Origin: a virus
Taxonomy: Duplodnaviria; Caudoviricetes
DNA: 30,691 nt
IMG/VR virus record: IMGVR_UViG_3300028293_000020
Span: 1 to 30,691 of that record
Reading direction: 5' to 3' (one strand)
The notes under the pieces are model-generated. The model had not been told where the DNA came from. It was given only the letters and a program-made list of their open reading frames with translations, and did not search any database. The position numbers were made by a program, and so were the translations under genes. Numbering within the stretch: position 1 is the first letter of the stretch; each line of letters begins with the position of its first letter. Of the stretch, positions 7,514 to 15,941 are shown in pieces.

Positions 7514-10500
7514 ATGCCTCCACAGGTGCGCGGAATTAACCCGTTTGAGAATCTGGCAAGACGGGTGCGCCTGAATTTAGGCTTGGAACCGCCAGATTTC
7601 AAGATGAATGTCGAGGAAACTACTCCTGAAACTCAGGCAAGGATTGACGAGCAGCGCCGCTTAGTCGGTGAGCCGGATGAAGGCCCAAAAGGATGGGGCA
7701 TCCAGAAATATCATCTATTTGTAGGTCCGCTGCAAACTCCAATCAATACTGAAACGTTTGGGCAGAGAACACTACGGCATGGAGAGGAATTAGCTAAGGG
7801 ACAGTTCTGGAAGAAAGAACTAGGCGAGCCACTTAAGGAGTCCGCGCCAGAAATAGCCGGTAACGTAGCTATGCTGGCTGCTAGAGATCCTTTCCTTGGT
7901 AGTGTAGCAGGTGGACTTGCGCGGGCCGCAACCACCGGAGCTATTTCGGCTTTCGATAATTACGCTAGCAATGCACCAAATGCAACTGAAAAAACAGTCT
8001 CTGACATGCAAAATGCCTTCGACTGGAAATCAGTCATGGCAGGTGGAGTTGGGCATCGTGGTGATTCTGGTGGAATGAGTGAAGCTGGTAGCGTCAAATA
8101 TCCCTTTAGATTTGGACCCACTGAAACTGTTCCGTTAGGCTCTACTATCCATGGTACGCATAGAACTTGGGAACCAAATGCAATAGAGCGGGTTGAGCGA
8201 GGACATTTTGATCCTAGTAGAAGAAATACAGGAGACTGGCTAGGTCACATGCGCGGCGGGCACCAAGCCGTAGATCCTAGTTACGCATTCGGTGGTGGTG
8301 CGAGTAGCTCTACCGCTAAGGAGATGCGACCTGATGTAGATTTACTGTTCGATATATTCACACCCTCCACTGGTGAGGATTGGGCCAGATTTTATAGCGT
8401 AGCAAATCCAGACCAAAAAGTAAAAATACTTAAAGCCTGGAAAGAACATCACCAGGAAATGAAAACTCTCCGGGCTAAAGCTGCTGGAGAAATCTACGAA
8501 GTAGTAGATTCGATGCAGAATCGTGTCGTGTCCGGTGGGATAGCTACAAAAAAAGATGCAGAAGAAATTGCGGCTGAGAGGCAGGCTACTAATGGTAGAC
8601 ATTTCAAAGTTAGACAGTCCACAGATCCTCATTTTAGGAATTTAACCTCAGAGGAATTGAAGATTCTGGCTGGTGAAATTCCAAGTAAAGCTCAGCAAAA
8701 AGCTACTCATATCTCTCATCACCGTAGTCACTATGGTAGTACGCAGGGAGTTATTGGGGATATTCTGGATGCTGAAACTCCAGAGGAGTTAGAAAAACTT
8801 AGGCGGACTGGCTATAGCGCGGTCAAGTACGCGGACTTGCAATCTAGCAGTGCCCGCGAAAGGGCTATCGCTTTTGCTAACACTGAGGATTTACGGGATA
8901 AGTACGGAAACGTACTAGGTCGCGGAATTGTGCCGCCGCATAGGGTTGAGGGAGCTATTCCCCTAGCTGGTTCGCCAGAACAGCGCGGCCAGATTATCGT
9001 ACGAAGCGAGGGTGGAGATTTATCAAGTTACGGACCTAATGTTCAATACTCCCGTAGGATGTCTCGTGGTGCTCCACCGAGTGAGAATGACCCTGCATTT
9101 TCTTGGCAGGAGGGAATTCAGGCCCCATCGATTCAGCGGGCGCAAGATCTAGAAGATAAGCTACGGCCTATTGATGAGGAAATTGCCCAAGTCAATAGAG
9201 CGGCTCGCGGAGAGCCTGAGCCACTTCCTGATGTAGAAATTCCCTACGAACTAACTTCAAAATATCAGGAACCGCCTCCATTCAATTATGAGAAGCCCGG
9301 TGCGGCGCCCGCGCCCGTACGTCCCCGGAGCAACTACGCACCAGTTAGTTCACTGGCTAATTCAGTAATTACCCCATCGAACTACCAGAGTCACGTAGAG
9401 GGACTGTATCCTGGAAATTCTCACATGGTGCCAATTCATATGGCAATGGAGAATAAATTCCCAGGTTTGACAGAAAGTGAAGTCTCTACGTTAGTTCAGG
9501 CTGGTCATAATCAGCACGATTTCCGAAATACTTTTGATGCAGCTGAAGCTGCATCTGATATAAATAATGCTGGTGAGAGTTCTGTAACATTTAAGAGTCC
9601 TCCACAAAATATCAAGGACATGTATCCCAATAGTCCTACGGACGTGGGACTTCACATGGCCTTTAAGAAGAAGTTTGTTACATTAACTGATGCAGAAATT
9701 AAACCCCTAGTTGATGAAGGACTGGACCCGGATGATTTTTCTGGTGGTGGGGAAGCGAAGACACATTCTGCGGCATACACCAAACTAAGTGAAACTAATA
9801 AGTGGATAGATGAAGGCTACAGCGCGGCGGAGGCCAAAACCATGCTCGATGCCGGGCATAAAGTTGGGGACTTCGCAAATCAAGAAGAAATGCTGAATGC
9901 CTTCAATACTGTACATCAGCCCACAAAATTCCAGCAGGTTGAGTCGCACCTAGATAGGTCATTCAGTGATGGATTAGATTTCCGCGCTGCTCATGATAAA
10001 CTAGTTAAGGAAAATCCTCAACTTGCCGATGCACTAGATCCTGAAGGCTGGGAAAAAGCTGTTGAAAGCTGGAATGCGAAAGAGAAGGCAGCTAAAAATC
10101 TTGACGGGACCTGGAAGTATAAGGATTCCGAAGGAACTCCCTATAAAGGTGATCCTAGAGAACTAATAGATAAGATGGTTGAGGGCGGCGCAGATATCAT
10201 GGATATCTCAAAGGAGCTTGAGTCAGCTATTGGAGAAGATATCGGAGCAGGAAGCTCTAAACTGCTTCCAAATGATATCCATAAATACATGATTGATGCT
10301 TTTGAGAAGAAGCATGAGATTGGGAAATACGCGAAGCCAAAATCTCCAACTCAAGCTCAAAGTCTAACTAATTATGAGGGAATGTCGAACGTCTACGCTA
10401 AGGACATGAGTTATGATGAGATTTCTCATTTAGCTCAATCTGGATATAAAGTTAGCGATTTCAAAAACGTAGATGAAGCTATTGCTAAGTACAATGAACT

Positions 10501-12040
10501 GGCTAAGGGTGTAAATAAGAAGCCTCATGAAGTCGCAGTGAAGTCTGCGGCGTCGAATGCGAAGGACGCACTTTACCAATTAAAGGATAAGTATCCTGAA
10601 GTTGCGGAGAACCTAGCTAAGCATAGCGGGACGGAGATGGGGAGTATTGAATCCCACACTTTAGACGTAATTAAGGAGTGGGAAAAACAGATTAGTCCTG
10701 ACGAATTGAAAGCGATTGGTAAAAACTGGGGAATTGGTGACATCCAAACAGTTCTGGATCTCGCTCTACCTCTCCATGATATTGGGAAGGCTAATGCTAT
10801 CGAGGTAGGTGGAAAACATCTCCAGCATGAGCATACTATTCCAATTATGGATAAGATATTGAAGGCTGAGGGGATTAGTGAAGACGAACGAAATCTAGCT
10901 AAAGAGCTATTCAATCATGACCTGCTAGGCAATTTGATGAATCCCCAGGGAACGCCAACCACTGGCGCGGCGGTGCGGGATGCCCTAATTGCTAAAGCTA
11001 ATAAGCTAGGGATGAATCCAGCGGATTTTGCTAAACTCCAACTGGCGGTCTATCATGCTGATGCTGGAGCGTATCCATTCATCCAGCAATTCATGCAGAA
11101 GAAGGCAGGCGGTGGTTGGAGTTTTGAGCATAGTCCAAAGATGAAGCCCATCGTGGACTTGGCAAATCAGGGTGGCGTGAAGGATATAACTGAATTGGGT
11201 GGTAAAAGTAGTGGGGCAGTCACCGTACATCCGAACGACGTGGCGAAGCAGGCATGGGAGAAGCTATTCGGTGGGGATAAGGAAAAAGCTAGCTCTGGTT
11301 CATTTTACGGACCGGAGGATTTTAGCGATCTTACCAGAATCGGCGCGCCGCGCGGGTCAAATAAGGGTGGTCGATATAAAGATATTAACGGTAATGAGTT
11401 CTATGTTAAGCAATACCTTAATCCAGAGCAACATCATAATGAGCAACTAACAAATGAAATTTATAACGATTTAGGATTACATGCCCCCTACGTGGATATT
11501 GGTAAGATGAAAGATGGGAGTTTGGCCGGTAGAACTAAATGGCAAAAAGGAATGAAGCAGGTTGGTACAAATGTTACTCCTGACCAAGCAACCCAGATTT
11601 TAAAGGGATTTGCAGCAGATTATTTCCTCGCCAACTACGATGCAGTAGGGCTAGTAGGAGATAATATCTCAACGAGTCAGATGGGCACCATTAAACGGAT
11701 GGATAATGGTGGCGCGCTGAAGTTCCGCGCGCAGGGGAAAGTTAAAGACGCGGATTTCTTCAAGGGCATTGATGATCTATCTAAGTGGACTGATTCAAAC
11801 AGTGGCCCATTAGGAGAATACTCCAAAGTCTTTAAGAAAGCTGGAATCTCAGATTGGAAGAAAATTCCACACATCAGGAATTACATTGATGATGTCCTAA
11901 GTATTAGACCTGAGGGTGGCTGGCACGAATATGTGCAGAGTCGAATTCCTGATGCCCCAACTAGTTACAAATTAGAAGTTTCCCAGATGCTAGAAAAGCG
12001 AACTGAAATGATGAAAGCTATGAAGCAGATGGTGAAGTGA
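7514..12040 (+). CDS. Large multidomain (polyvalent-type) protein: ART-like region, repeats, HD phosphohydrolase, HipA/PI3K-like kinase
   Basis: 1508 aa; IHGT...FDPS...GYSAVKY (ART-like); HTLDV...LHDIGK...NHD...HAD (HD); GSNKGG...YVK...NE...DYFLANYD...DN...RMDNGG (kinase-like). Stop overlaps the portal ATG. Confidence 0.75.
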   Translation: MPPQVRGINPFENLARRVRLNLGLEPPDFKMNVEETTPETQARIDEQRRLVGEPDEGPKGWGIQKYHLFVGPLQTPINTETFGQRTLRHGEELAKGQFWKKELGEPLKESAPEIAGNVAMLAARDPFLGSVAGGLARAATTGAISAFDNYASNAPNATEKTVSDMQNAFDWKSVMAGGVGHRGDSGGMSEAGSVKYPFRFGPTETVPLGSTIHGTHRTWEPNAIERVERGHFDPSRRNTGDWLGHMRGGHQAVDPSYAFGGGASSSTAKEMRPDVDLLFDIFTPSTGEDWARFYSVANPDQKVKILKAWKEHHQEMKTLRAKAAGEIYEVVDSMQNRVVSGGIATKKDAEEIAAERQATNGRHFKVRQSTDPHFRNLTSEELKILAGEIPSKAQQKATHISHHRSHYGSTQGVIGDILDAETPEELEKLRRTGYSAVKYADLQSSSARERAIAFANTEDLRDKYGNVLGRGIVPPHRVEGAIPLAGSPEQRGQIIVRSEGGDLSSYGPNVQYSRRMSRGAPPSENDPAFSWQEGIQAPSIQRAQDLEDKLRPIDEEIAQVNRAARGEPEPLPDVEIPYELTSKYQEPPPFNYEKPGAAPAPVRPRSNYAPVSSLANSVITPSNYQSHVEGLYPGNSHMVPIHMAMENKFPGLTESEVSTLVQAGHNQHDFRNTFDAAEAASDINNAGESSVTFKSPPQNIKDMYPNSPTDVGLHMAFKKKFVTLTDAEIKPLVDEGLDPDDFSGGGEAKTHSAAYTKLSETNKWIDEGYSAAEAKTMLDAGHKVGDFANQEEMLNAFNTVHQPTKFQQVESHLDRSFSDGLDFRAAHDKLVKENPQLADALDPEGWEKAVESWNAKEKAAKNLDGTWKYKDSEGTPYKGDPRELIDKMVEGGADIMDISKELESAIGEDIGAGSSKLLPNDIHKYMIDAFEKKHEIGKYAKPKSPTQAQSLTNYEGMSNVYAKDMSYDEISHLAQSGYKVSDFKNVDEAIAKYNELAKGVNKKPHEVAVKSAASNAKDALYQLKDKYPEVAENLAKHSGTEMGSIESHTLDVIKEWEKQISPDELKAIGKNWGIGDIQTVLDLALPLHDIGKANAIEVGGKHLQHEHTIPIMDKILKAEGISEDERNLAKELFNHDLLGNLMNPQGTPTTGAAVRDALIAKANKLGMNPADFAKLQLAVYHADAGAYPFIQQFMQKKAGGGWSFEHSPKMKPIVDLANQGGVKDITELGGKSSGAVTVHPNDVAKQAWEKLFGGDKEKASSGSFYGPEDFSDLTRIGAPRGSNKGGRYKDINGNEFYVKQYLNPEQHHNEQLTNEIYNDLGLHAPYVDIGKMKDGSLAGRTKWQKGMKQVGTNVTPDQATQILKGFAADYFLANYDAVGLVGDNISTSQMGTIKRMDNGGALKFRAQGKVKDADFFKGIDDLSKWTDSNSGPLGEYSKVFKKAGISDWKKIPHIRNYIDDVLSIRPEGGWHEYVQSRIPDAPTSYKLEVSQMLEKRTEMMKAMKQMVK

Positions 12041-14610
12041 TGTATCCTCCTGAAGCGCAACCTGAAGAAGCTGGAAGTTTGGGGGATTCGGCTGAAATCA
12101 CTCCATTGGGGATTCCTGGATATACGAATATCCCGGAGAACCTGAGGAATTGCCTTAAGGATATCGTAGATACTTACGATAAGGAAGAAAAGCCTATTCG
12201 GGAGCGTCATATTAGGGAATTGAAGCGCGCGGATGACTTCTGGCACGGATTGCAGTACGCGATTTGGGACGATGCAATCGGAGATTTCCGCACTCCTAAT
12301 CATTTCCTCGAAACTGGAACTGAGGAAGAAATCAACCCGAATATCTTCAACAAAATCAAAAATATCTACAAAGCTCACGGGGAATCGGTAATTTCGGCGC
12401 TAACTAGCGGGCTACCTTACGTTCGCTACTATCCTCAGAACGCTGAAAATAGTGATGATGTTAAAACTGCGCGGGCTTACTCTAAAATCGAGGAATTGGT
12501 CCAGCGCCAGAACCAAGCCTATCTACTTTTCGTCCACGCACTTTACATTCTATTCAATCAGCCCTTCGTTGCGGCGTACAACTACTCGCATCAGGATAAA
12601 AAATACGGTCAAATCCAAATGCCAGTAGAGGGTTCTCAGGAAATGGTCGAAAATACGCATTTTTGCCCCGAGTGTGGGACTGAAATTGCGAGTGACCAGG
12701 AAATGATGGGAGAACCTGAGGGTCCACCTGAGGATTTAGGCGAAGAACTCGCAGATAAACCAGAAGCAGGCACGGAAAGCCTAAATGATGAGTTCGGCGA
12801 TCCTAATTTAATGGCAAATCCCCCAGTGGATGGGTCTGGTGTCGAGGATTTACCGCCTTCTGGGCAGGAATTAGGAGAATTAGAGGGAGTCGGGGGAAGT
12901 GTAGCAAGCGCGGGGATGCCAATTCAGTGCCCTGAATGCGGCTATGATGGCATATCGATGGTTAGCCAGTCTACTGAGAGGGTTCCAGTAATCCTAAAGT
13001 GGGATGAAGTCAATAAAATCAGGGAATGCATCGAAGTTTACGGTCCGTTGAATGTCACGATTCCCCATTACGTGACAGAAATGAAACACTCTCCCTACAT
13101 CCGGCTAGATGGGGAATGTCATATCGCGTATGCGCGGGAACAGTGGCCGCACATCGCTGAGAAGATTCAACCCTCTACGGATGACAACAAATATGACAAA
13201 TGGGGGCGTACTCCTACAGCTTTTAATGACGATCCACCAATGGGGTTGGTTACTGTTAGGCGTTTTTGGCTACGTCCTTGGGCTTTTAATGTCTACCAGA
13301 AGCCGGGAGTAGCTGAGGGTGAGATTAAACGGCTAAAGGAACTATTCCCGGATGGATGCTACGTAGTTTTCGTGAATGATGAGTTTGCTGAGGCGTACGC
13401 TGAGGAACTGGATGCCCGGTGGACAGTTACTCGCACACCTCTATCTAATTTCATTCATGGAGATTCTCTCGGTAAGAGTTTGATGCCCATCCAGGAAGTT
13501 ACGAATGAACTATTGAACCTGAATATCCAGTCAATTCAATATGGCATACCTGAAACTTTCGCGGACCCCGCGGTTTTGGATTTTAAGGTTTACCAGAAAG
13601 TCGAAGCAGGGGCGGGATTGGTATTTCCTGCGATTCCCGCGCCTGGAAAATCCATGCAGGATGCGTTTTTCACGAATAAAGTTGCTACATTAAGTAAAGA
13701 AGCAATGGAATTCGGGGAAACACTCAATCAGGACGGCCAGTTCGTTGTGGGTAGTTTTCCATCGATTTATGGCGGTCCGCAAAGTGGAGGTGGTCAGACT
13801 GCCGCAGAATACTCAATGAGCCGCGCGCAGGCACTCCAACGGCTAGGCTTGACTTGGAAGATGCTTAGTCTTTGGTGGGCGGAAGTTATGAGTAAGGCAG
13901 TAGCCAGCTACGCTAACAACATGATGGAAGATGAAAACTTCGTCCGCGCGCAGGGGGATTCTTACGTCAATGTTTGGATTCGTAGAGTAGAGCTGGAAGG
14001 CAAGGTTGGTGGAGTTCTACCCGATGTAGATGAGCAATTCCCAACCAGCTGGGCGCAGAAGCGCGAAGTTCTACTGGATTTCCTGAAACTTGGAAATGAG
14101 GAAATCAATCAGTTCCTATTCCTCCCGGCTAACCGAGCCAAGATTGGAAGTCTCATTGGTCTGAATGATCTGGAGATTCCTGGAGAGAAGGATATCAATA
14201 AGCAGCTAGCCGAAATCACCGAAATGTTGCAGGCAGAAGCAGTAATGCCTCCAGTCGATGAAATGGGCCAGCCGTTACTTGACCAGATGACCGGCCAGCC
14301 AATGCAAGGCTACAGTAGTATTCCAGTTGACCCAGATTTGGATGACCATGAAATACACGCTGAAGTTTGCAAGGGCTGGCTGAATGATGACGTAGGATTG
14401 GAACTAAAGAAAATCAATCCTCCAGTCTACATGAACATATTCCTGCACTTCAAGGAACACGTTCAGTACATCCAGATGGCGCAGCAACAACAAATGGAAC
14501 AGGAAATGCAGATGGCCGAATTTCAAAGCGGCCTAAAAACTAACGAACAAGTAGCAAATAATCAATCCAAGCCCACGCCTCGTGGAAAAGAAGGTGGGAG
14601 TAAAAAATGA
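12040..14610 (+). CDS. Portal protein with CxxC...CxxC insertion
   Basis: Size and position before scaffold and capsid; FWHGLQY...NIYKAHGESVISALT N-terminus, GDSLGKSLMPIQEVTNEL, QTAAEY motif and Q/M-rich C-terminus as in podophage portals. ATG 12040 (TGATG overlap); track starts at GTG 12037. Confidence 0.85.
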   Translation: MYPPEAQPEEAGSLGDSAEITPLGIPGYTNIPENLRNCLKDIVDTYDKEEKPIRERHIRELKRADDFWHGLQYAIWDDAIGDFRTPNHFLETGTEEEINPNIFNKIKNIYKAHGESVISALTSGLPYVRYYPQNAENSDDVKTARAYSKIEELVQRQNQAYLLFVHALYILFNQPFVAAYNYSHQDKKYGQIQMPVEGSQEMVENTHFCPECGTEIASDQEMMGEPEGPPEDLGEELADKPEAGTESLNDEFGDPNLMANPPVDGSGVEDLPPSGQELGELEGVGGSVASAGMPIQCPECGYDGISMVSQSTERVPVILKWDEVNKIRECIEVYGPLNVTIPHYVTEMKHSPYIRLDGECHIAYAREQWPHIAEKIQPSTDDNKYDKWGRTPTAFNDDPPMGLVTVRRFWLRPWAFNVYQKPGVAEGEIKRLKELFPDGCYVVFVNDEFAEAYAEELDARWTVTRTPLSNFIHGDSLGKSLMPIQEVTNELLNLNIQSIQYGIPETFADPAVLDFKVYQKVEAGAGLVFPAIPAPGKSMQDAFFTNKVATLSKEAMEFGETLNQDGQFVVGSFPSIYGGPQSGGGQTAAEYSMSRAQALQRLGLTWKMLSLWWAEVMSKAVASYANNMMEDENFVRAQGDSYVNVWIRRVELEGKVGGVLPDVDEQFPTSWAQKREVLLDFLKLGNEEINQFLFLPANRAKIGSLIGLNDLEIPGEKDINKQLAEITEMLQAEAVMPPVDEMGQPLLDQMTGQPMQGYSSIPVDPDLDDHEIHAEVCKGWLNDDVGLELKKINPPVYMNIFLHFKEHVQYIQMAQQQQMEQEMQMAEFQSGLKTNEQVANNQSKPTPRGKEGGSKK

Positions 14611-15929
14611 ATCCTAAGTTTCTAGATTTAAAAGAGTGGAAGTTTCCGGATGACGTGGGAGCCGGTAGCGGTGGTGGGACATCATTTGGAGAAGCTGGCG
14701 ATGTAGCTATCCTGGAAAGCGACGATGCAGAAATTACCGGCGACGATGACGACGGACCAGAAGATCAATCTGATAGTGAGGATGCTGACAAGGCTCGCAA
14801 GGGCGGAAAAGGCAAAGGAAAAGAGGAAGACGAAGATGGCGAAAAAGAAGATGAAGATGAAGATCAGGAAGTCGAAAGAGATGAATCCGCTGAAGAAGAC
14901 GAAGAAACGGAAGAAGTAGAGGTTGAATCGAAGCCAAGACTAAAAGAAATCACTGCGAAGTATCCAAAGCTGTTTAAGGAATTCCCTGCGCTAAAGGATG
15001 CCTATTTCCGCGCGAATGCCTATTCGGAGCTATTTCCTAGTGTTGATGACGCTAAGGAAGCAGCGGAGAAGGCAGAAACGCTAGATGGATTTGAGGCGGC
15101 CTTAGTGGGGAAGGGAAGTTCCCTTGAACTGCTAAATAGCATCAAGGATACTTCGCCAGCTGCACTATCTCGTTTCGTGGATAAATTGCTTCCTACGCTC
15201 TATGAGTTCGATTCTAAACTGTTCTACCAAGCCACAGAGCCAGTTACCCGGCAATTACTGTGGTCCGCGCACCAGCACGGATTGAAAACTGGCAACAAGA
15301 ATTTAGTTGCTTCAGCCCAGCATATCTCGAATTATCTGTTTGAAGATCCTGAAGTAAAGCAGCCGAGAGCTAAAGGAAAGGCCGACCCAGAGTTAAACGA
15401 GGAGCGGCGAAAACTGGAGCAGGATAGAAACCAGTTTGAAGGTCAGAAGCGCGGCGAGTTTGTGGGGGATCTTCACGCTAAGGCTGGCAAGCAACTAGTT
15501 AAGATTATCAATGATGGACTTGACCCAAAAAATGCAATGACCGCATTTACTCGGGACGCCATCACTGACAAAGTTATCGAGGAAGTGGGGAGACGGCTAG
15601 AAGCCGACCCGCGGCACATGGCAAGGATGAAAAGTCTCTATACTCGGGCTGCGAGGGCTGGTTATCCAAAGGCAATGACAGACCAAATCTCATCGGCTTA
15701 CCTGTCGGCCGCAAAAGCCTTGGTTCCTGGCATTCGTAGCGAGATGAAACAGAAAGCCCTGACGGGCAAAGTTGTCAAAAAGCAACTCCAAGGAAACCGC
15801 CAAATCGGTCAAGGTGGTGGAGCTGGAAATGCTGGAGGGAACGGGCGCGGGCCGTCGGCGAAACAAGTCGATTGGTCTAAAACCTCGGACGAAGACTTCT
15901 TGGCGGGAAGAATTACGCTGAAGAAGTAA
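14607..15929 (+). CDS. Capsid scaffolding protein (putative)
   Basis: Lies between portal and capsid; very acidic N-terminus, helical core, Gly-rich linker and short C-terminal helix. Confidence 0.7.
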   Translation: MNPKFLDLKEWKFPDDVGAGSGGGTSFGEAGDVAILESDDAEITGDDDDGPEDQSDSEDADKARKGGKGKGKEEDEDGEKEDEDEDQEVERDESAEEDEETEEVEVESKPRLKEITAKYPKLFKEFPALKDAYFRANAYSELFPSVDDAKEAAEKAETLDGFEAALVGKGSSLELLNSIKDTSPAALSRFVDKLLPTLYEFDSKLFYQATEPVTRQLLWSAHQHGLKTGNKNLVASAQHISNYLFEDPEVKQPRAKGKADPELNEERRKLEQDRNQFEGQKRGEFVGDLHAKAGKQLVKIINDGLDPKNAMTAFTRDAITDKVIEEVGRRLEADPRHMARMKSLYTRAARAGYPKAMTDQISSAYLSAAKALVPGIRSEMKQKALTGKVVKKQLQGNRQIGQGGGAGNAGGNGRGPSAKQVDWSKTSDEDFLAGRITLKK

Positions 15930-15941
15930 AAGGACAGAACG

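Noticed and set aside
8081-8095. Prepilin-peptidase (class III) cleavage site
   Set aside because: The E-x-G motif is internal and lacks the hydrophobic helix that must follow such sites.
3540-14610. Intein or intron in terminase or portal
   Set aside because: No C/S...HN splice-junction motifs or homing-endonuclease signature; inserts are short and in frame.
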